Source: Candidatus Eiseniibacteriota bacterium
GTDB taxonomy: Bacteria > Eisenbacteria > RBG-16-71-46 > CAZAMP01
DNA: 64,000 nucleotides
Reading direction: 5' to 3'
Assembly (NCBI GenBank): GCA_965224245.1
Contig: OZ245046.1
Span: 5,408,001 to 5,472,000 of the forward strand
The notes under the pieces are model-generated. The model did no database searches. It saw nothing but the letters and a program-made list of their open reading frames with translations, and was not told where the DNA came from. Positions 62,446-64,000 of the stretch are shown piece after piece; position 1 is the stretch's first letter, and every line of letters begins with the position of its first letter. Both the position numbers and the translations under genes were made by a program.

Positions 62446-63077
62446 CCGGCCGGGACCCCGAGTCCCCGCCGGTCTCTCCGTCCGACTGGGACTCGTTCCT
62501 GTGGGGCATGTTCCGGCGACGTGAGGACTCCGAGCGGAGCACGGGCACGCTCGGCATGTCGGTCTTCCTGACGTCCCTGACCGTTCTCTTCATCGCCAGC
62601 ATCGTCGGCTACCTCGTCGTCCGGACGCGGGCCGACCAGTGGGGTCCCGCCGGGGGCAGCCATTACCCGGGTACGCTCTGGATCTCCACGCTGATCATCC
62701 TCGGCGCCAGCGTCACGATGCAGATCGCCCTGGCCGCGGCCCGCTTCGACGCGCCAGAGCGCCTCCGGAAGATGCTGACGACCACCCTGGTGCTCGGCCT
62801 CGTGTTCCTCCTCATGCAGCTCGCGAACTGGCTCCAGCTCTGGCAGAGCGGCACCACGGCCAGGACGGGGCTCTACGGGTTCACGTTCTACATGTTCACG
62901 GTGCTGCATGCGCTCCACGTGATCGGGGGACTGATCCCGCTCGGCATCGTCACCCGAAAGGCCCATGCGGGAGCCTACTCGGGCCGGAGCCACGCCGGCG
63001 TGCAGTACGTCACGATGTACTGGCACTTCCTGGACGCGGTGTGGATCGTGCTGTTCGTGATCATCCTGATCGGCTGA
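62442..63077 (+). CDS. Second cytochrome c oxidase subunit III-family protein
   Basis: LHALHVIGG, YWHFLDAVW. Confidence 0.85.
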   Translation: MTGRDPESPPVSPSDWDSFLWGMFRRREDSERSTGTLGMSVFLTSLTVLFIASIVGYLVVRTRADQWGPAGGSHYPGTLWISTLIILGASVTMQIALAAARFDAPERLRKMLTTTLVLGLVFLLMQLANWLQLWQSGTTARTGLYGFTFYMFTVLHALHVIGGLIPLGIVTRKAHAGAYSGRSHAGVQYVTMYWHFLDAVWIVLFVIILIG

Positions 63078-63104
63078 GGGGCACACGAGCCGCCGATCAC
63101 CGGA

Positions 63105-64000
63105 TCACTCGATCTCCTCGACACGAGCCAGCCGTTCGCGTCCCATCTTCACGAACACCTCCACCGGCTCGAACTTCGACTCGATGGGCTCCCGGTTCTC
63201 GCGGACGAGCCGGGCGCCCTCCTCGGTCTCGCCGAGATCGATCAGCGCCATCCCCAGCACATACCGGTTGGTCGCGACGAAGAAGCCGCTCTTCCGCCGC
63301 ATGTCGTCCATCGACGGCGAGGACAGGACCTCCTCGACCATCGCCCGCGCCCGGGCCGCGTCGCCGACGCCCACCACCGCCCACGCGTGATTCTGCCGGG
63401 TCATCATGACCCAGGGATGGTCGGGTCCCAGCGCGCGCTGGTACGTCTCGGTGGCCTCGCGGTAAAAGCGGTCGGAGTCCGCGAACCGCTCCATCTTCAG
63501 GTACATGAACGCGAGGTTGTTGAGGCTGGTCGCGACGTCCACGTGATCGGGCCCCAGCGTCGCCCGCTGGGTCTCGAGCGCGCGCGTGTGCAGGCGCTCC
63601 GCCTCGTCCCACTCGCCGCGCCCCTCGTGGAGCGTGGCCAGACCGATCAGATAGTGCACGTAGTGGGGGTGATCGACCCCGAGGATGCGCTCGGCCTTCT
63701 CCAGCACCTCGCGATAGAGCGACTCGGCCTCCTCGTGCTCCCGCCGGCGGGCCAGGAGCCGGGCCAGCGCATTGATCGCGTGAAGCGCGTCCGTGCCGTC
63801 GCCTCCGGCCAGCCGTGCGAGGCGCACGGCCTCTCGGATCGCCTTCTCGGCCTCTTCCAGCGAGCGGCTCTCCCGGCAGAAGCTCCCGAGGTTCAGCCAG
63901 CCCTTGGCCACCAGCGGATCCTCCGGCTCGAGCTCCCGCGCGGCAGCCGCGAGCGCCTCGCGATGCGCGACCTCGGCCTCGGATACGCGACCGGCCAGCT
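63105..64000 (-). CDS. TPR-repeat protein (kinesin-light-chain-like TPRs), C-terminal part only
   Basis: Repeated LGxDHP...SLNNLA units; the frame stays open to the window end. It may be the tail of a Ser/Thr kinase-TPR protein. Confidence 0.82.
   Translation of the reverse strand, partial: LAGRVSEAEVAHREALAAAARELEPEDPLVAKGWLNLGSFCRESRSLEEAEKAIREAVRLARLAGGDGTDALHAINALARLLARRREHEEAESLYREVLEKAERILGVDHPHYVHYLIGLATLHEGRGEWDEAERLHTRALETQRATLGPDHVDVATSLNNLAFMYLKMERFADSDRFYREATETYQRALGPDHPWVMMTRQNHAWAVVGVGDAARARAMVEEVLSSPSMDDMRRKSGFFVATNRYVLGMALIDLGETEEGARLVRENREPIESKFEPVEVFVKMGRERLARVEEIE

Overview
A very GC-rich, gene-dense bacterial chromosomal segment with about 46 CDSs; I see no rRNA, tRNA, CRISPR array, IS or prophage. 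The TonB-receptor type, the ACIII-caa3 operon and a C-terminal 'TSWGAIKSLF' motif suggest an FCB-related lineage such as Eisenbacteria/Krumholzibacteriota/Latescibacterota (inference). From left to right: partial pyruvate kinase; a PsrA-like TetR-TolC-MFP-RND efflux operon; a TonB-dependent receptor; a sensor-less His kinase; a second RND locus (MFP plus two different permeases, next to a secreted beta-propeller); several secreted proteins and lipoproteins; a COG2403 P-loop NTPase (ArcE/cDPGS-like); the glyoxylate shunt aceB-aceA with a divergent RamB-type regulator; a DUF2064 glycosyltransferase, HD-GYP and Fpg/Nei; a Ser/Thr kinase with four zinc ribbons; a TPR-winged-helix regulator facing a small secreted protein; GT2 and methyltransferase genes; a GAF-HK / REC-PP2C pair; GT-C and GT2 genes; TlpA; a complete alternative complex III (actABCDEF plus an actG-like gene) with SCO and an A2-type caa3 oxidase; and a partial TPR protein. 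The most interesting leads are the AimR/RRNPP-like TPR-wHTH plus secreted-partner module with phased upstream repeats, the putative C-terminal sorting signal, the twin-permease RND/propeller module, and two probable ATC start codons. All product calls come from motif recognition by eye, not database searches.
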